From: a virus
Lineage: Duplodnaviria > Caudoviricetes
DNA length: 54,010 bases
Reading direction: 5' to 3' (one strand)
Virus record (IMG/VR): IMGVR_UViG_3300028146_000003
Location: 1-54,010 of that record
The notes under the pieces are model-generated. The model was given only the letters and a program-made list of their open reading frames with translations, ran no database searches and was not told the DNA's origin. The position numbers and the translations under genes were made by a program. Below are positions 51,867-54,010 of the stretch, in pieces (the stretch's first letter is position 1; the number at the start of each line of letters is the position of its first letter).

Positions 51867-53936
51867 ATGCTCGCCCCACCTAGCACAACCGCGCACTCGA
51901 TACAAGCATTCTGGGATGCCTGTATTACGCGTGGTCTGTTCCCCCTCGCCATCGCACGTAATTCGAAGGCGCCTATAGGCGACGGCTGGAACATATGGAC
52001 TCATCCGATCGCGCATCCTGGCGCTGGCGGTGTCGGAATACGCTGCGGCGACGGCGGTTTGACTGCATTTGATTGCGATCACACTAATCCGCAAGTCGCA
52101 CAACGCCTGCTCTCGGCATTTCGTTCCGTGCTGGGTCCGAATATTCCGGTACGCTGGGGCCGCGAGCCCCGGTTCCTGATCCCATTTTACCTCGTAGATG
52201 CACCCGTACAAGGCCGCACGTTCAGCTTCCCGGATGGCAACAAGCTGCAATTAATGGGGGGCCAATTCGTCGCCTTCGGCGAGCATAAGGATACAAAACT
52301 TCCCTACCGCTGGGAGAATTGGGCAACTGACTGGCCCCGGCTGACGACGGCGCAACTGCAAACCGTCCTATCCGAAGTTCCGTTGCGCGCCGGCACGTCG
52401 CTGCGCTTCGCCGCCGACCACGAAACCGCCAGCGCCGACGAGCTGAAATACGCCACGCCCCAGAATCAAGACGAATGGCAATCCGGCCGCGATGCCGCCC
52501 ATCGCTATCTCGGTATGTTAAAGCATGCTTTATTGGGCAAGACCGAGGGGCGCGGATCTACAATCTTCGCCATCGTTGGCGTGCTGAAATTCGCTGCGCA
52601 GCATGGCATGTGCTCGCGTGCCGAGATCGAAGACGCCATCATGGAGGCTGGGCACAGCCTGGATGAAGGAATCGGTGGCCGTACGCTAGGCGAGGAAATA
52701 AGTCGGCAGGATGAGTTGCCCGTATTGCGCGGCAATTTGATAATGCAAGCGGTCATGTCGCGCCGCACGATGCTGCAGGGCCTGCACGACGCACAGATAG
52801 CGCCGACACTGGCCGCACGATCGGGCTTTGAAATCTCATTGGAGGATGACAGTGCCGAGCTACCATGGCTACTATATCAACGGGTACTTTGTGGTGAGGT
52901 TCACTTCTTTACGGGGCACAGCGGCGCCGGCAAGTCCGCGCTCGTTACTGATATGGCTGTGCAATTTCTACGAGGGCAAGCGTGGCTCGACGCCGATAAC
53001 GAACGCGTCGATGGCCACGTACTATGGGTCGCCGCCGAAGATGATTACGGCACAGAACGACGCGTGAGGCACCTATTGAGGCAAGAGCCGAACGCGCTGG
53101 AGTTGGCAGCTCGATTTCATCTGATTCGCGCCGTCAACGAGCCGATGGCTTTCGAGCAACAATGCGTGTCACAGGTTCAAGCTATGATCGCGATGGGTAA
53201 GCGCGTCGATATGATCGTGCTCGATACCTGGGGCGCGTCGGGGCTTTGCTTTGCCGACAACGACACCGAGGCAGTACTTAAAGCCATGTTCATCCTGAAA
53301 AGCGTGGCAAGGCGTACGGACGCGGCGCTAGTGGTCACCGATCACTTGCCACTCGGCAACGAAGACGCATGGCAAAAGGGTAACGGCGCCAAGTCAGGCA
53401 ATAGCGGCTTTGTGTACCGCGTCACTGGCGGGCGCAACGATTACGTATCGATCGACTGCGGCAAGGCGCGCGGAGCGCCGAAGGCCAAGAGCTACACCGG
53501 CAGGATCGTTTCCGAGAACTACGGCAAGGACGTGAAAGGCCGCACGACAACGGTTAACGTGTTCAAGCGCACTTCCGAGGTCATCAAAGAGGCCAAGGAA
53601 CAGTCCGCAGTGCTCAAGCTGGCCGCATTGCTGCCGGGCGTCACGGCAGCCGGTATGGACGCTTTGCGCGCGGGCAGCATCGTTAGGTTCGATAGCGTCG
53701 CGGCCGAAGTGGGTCACGCGATCAAGGGCGAAGTACCCGGCTACGTGGTCACCAAGGACGCCGCCAAGAAGCTATTTGAAGACGGTTTGAAAAATTTAAT
53801 CGACAGCGGGCACCTCCGGGCCTTGTACGGATTCCCGTTCTATTGTATCTATGCGCCGGCCGGTAGCGTACGGCAAGAGTTGACGATTCCATTCACAATC
53901 GAAGTGCCAAATGGAGGATTCCCGTGGCAGATGTGA
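51867..53936 (+). CDS. Bifunctional primase-polymerase / AAA (RecA-like) replicative helicase
   Basis: SKAP...W, GVGIRCG, AFDCD, GGQFVAFGEH...PYRW; Walker A GHSGAGKS, WVAAED, Walker B IVLDT. Confidence 0.85.
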   Translation: MLAPPSTTAHSIQAFWDACITRGLFPLAIARNSKAPIGDGWNIWTHPIAHPGAGGVGIRCGDGGLTAFDCDHTNPQVAQRLLSAFRSVLGPNIPVRWGREPRFLIPFYLVDAPVQGRTFSFPDGNKLQLMGGQFVAFGEHKDTKLPYRWENWATDWPRLTTAQLQTVLSEVPLRAGTSLRFAADHETASADELKYATPQNQDEWQSGRDAAHRYLGMLKHALLGKTEGRGSTIFAIVGVLKFAAQHGMCSRAEIEDAIMEAGHSLDEGIGGRTLGEEISRQDELPVLRGNLIMQAVMSRRTMLQGLHDAQIAPTLAARSGFEISLEDDSAELPWLLYQRVLCGEVHFFTGHSGAGKSALVTDMAVQFLRGQAWLDADNERVDGHVLWVAAEDDYGTERRVRHLLRQEPNALELAARFHLIRAVNEPMAFEQQCVSQVQAMIAMGKRVDMIVLDTWGASGLCFADNDTEAVLKAMFILKSVARRTDAALVVTDHLPLGNEDAWQKGNGAKSGNSGFVYRVTGGRNDYVSIDCGKARGAPKAKSYTGRIVSENYGKDVKGRTTTVNVFKRTSEVIKEAKEQSAVLKLAALLPGVTAAGMDALRAGSIVRFDSVAAEVGHAIKGEVPGYVVTKDAAKKLFEDGLKNLIDSGHLRALYGFPFYCIYAPAGSVRQELTIPFTIEVPNGGFPWQM

Positions 53937-54010
53937 AATCAACAGAGTACATGGACGGCTGGGCAGCCCACCAAAATAGGCGTGTTTCTGGCGAAAATCC
54001 GTACAATGAA
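53884..54010 (+). repeat. Terminal 127-bp direct repeat, copy 2
   Basis: Identical to 1-127. Confidence 0.95.

Larger units (their letters stand above)
1..53883. mobile_element. Complete circular(ly permuted) tailed phage genome, podovirus-like, likely alphaproteobacterial host
   Basis: Terminase, portal, capsid, endolysin, DNA polymerase A and primase-helicase are all present with no host housekeeping operons. The ends overlap exactly. GcrA and RopB-like genes suggest the host class. Confidence 0.95.

Noticed and set aside
587-53460. Frequent CGATCG as a second special motif
   Set aside because: It is common in GC-rich alphaproteobacterial-type coding DNA (ATC/GAT codons), and I could not show an excess or promoter association by eye.
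53884-54010. 127-bp terminal repeat as a biological direct terminal repeat
   Set aside because: The length equals a common assembler k-mer and it falls mid-gene, so it is best read as a circularisation overlap.
1-54010. Integrase, CI-type repressor, tRNA genes or stop-codon recoding
   Set aside because: No recombinase motifs or cloverleaf sequences were recognised by eye, and core genes are intact in the standard code. Divergent examples could have been missed.

Overview
The window is one apparently complete, circularly assembled dsDNA tailed-phage genome of about 53,883 bp; bases 1-127 recur exactly at 53884-54010. The virion genes look podoviral: portal, major capsid, P22 gp4-/gp10-/needle-like proteins, ejection proteins and no tape measure. 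A GcrA homologue and an Omp25/RopB-type outer-membrane protein point to an alphaproteobacterial host, probably Hyphomicrobiales (Bradyrhizobium-like). Replication genes include an SF2 helicase, DUF2800 nuclease, DUF2815-type SSB, family A DNA polymerase, primase-AAA helicase, VRR-NUC and an N6-adenine methyltransferase. I recognised no integrase, CI-type repressor, tRNA or CRISPR array. Most notable observations: (1) the late minus-strand block at about 26.6-41.5 kb has eight to nine tail-fibre, depolymerase or adhesin-like proteins with Sec-type signal peptides, and an O-antigen-ligase/O-OTase-like (Wzy_C) membrane enzyme sits inside it, suggesting a periplasmic export and glycosylation pathway; (2) CGTACG/GTAC is strongly enriched, including at promoters, in a phage that encodes both an adenine MTase and a GcrA-like regulator; (3) a small protein carries a close mimic of the FtsZ C-terminal peptide; (4) four promoter-leader-RBS cassettes share a repeated sequence; (5) TGTCATAC recurs in intergenic regions; (6) [FM]PW recurs at protein termini. 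Family assignments come from motif recognition by eye, not database searches, and counts are manual and approximate.
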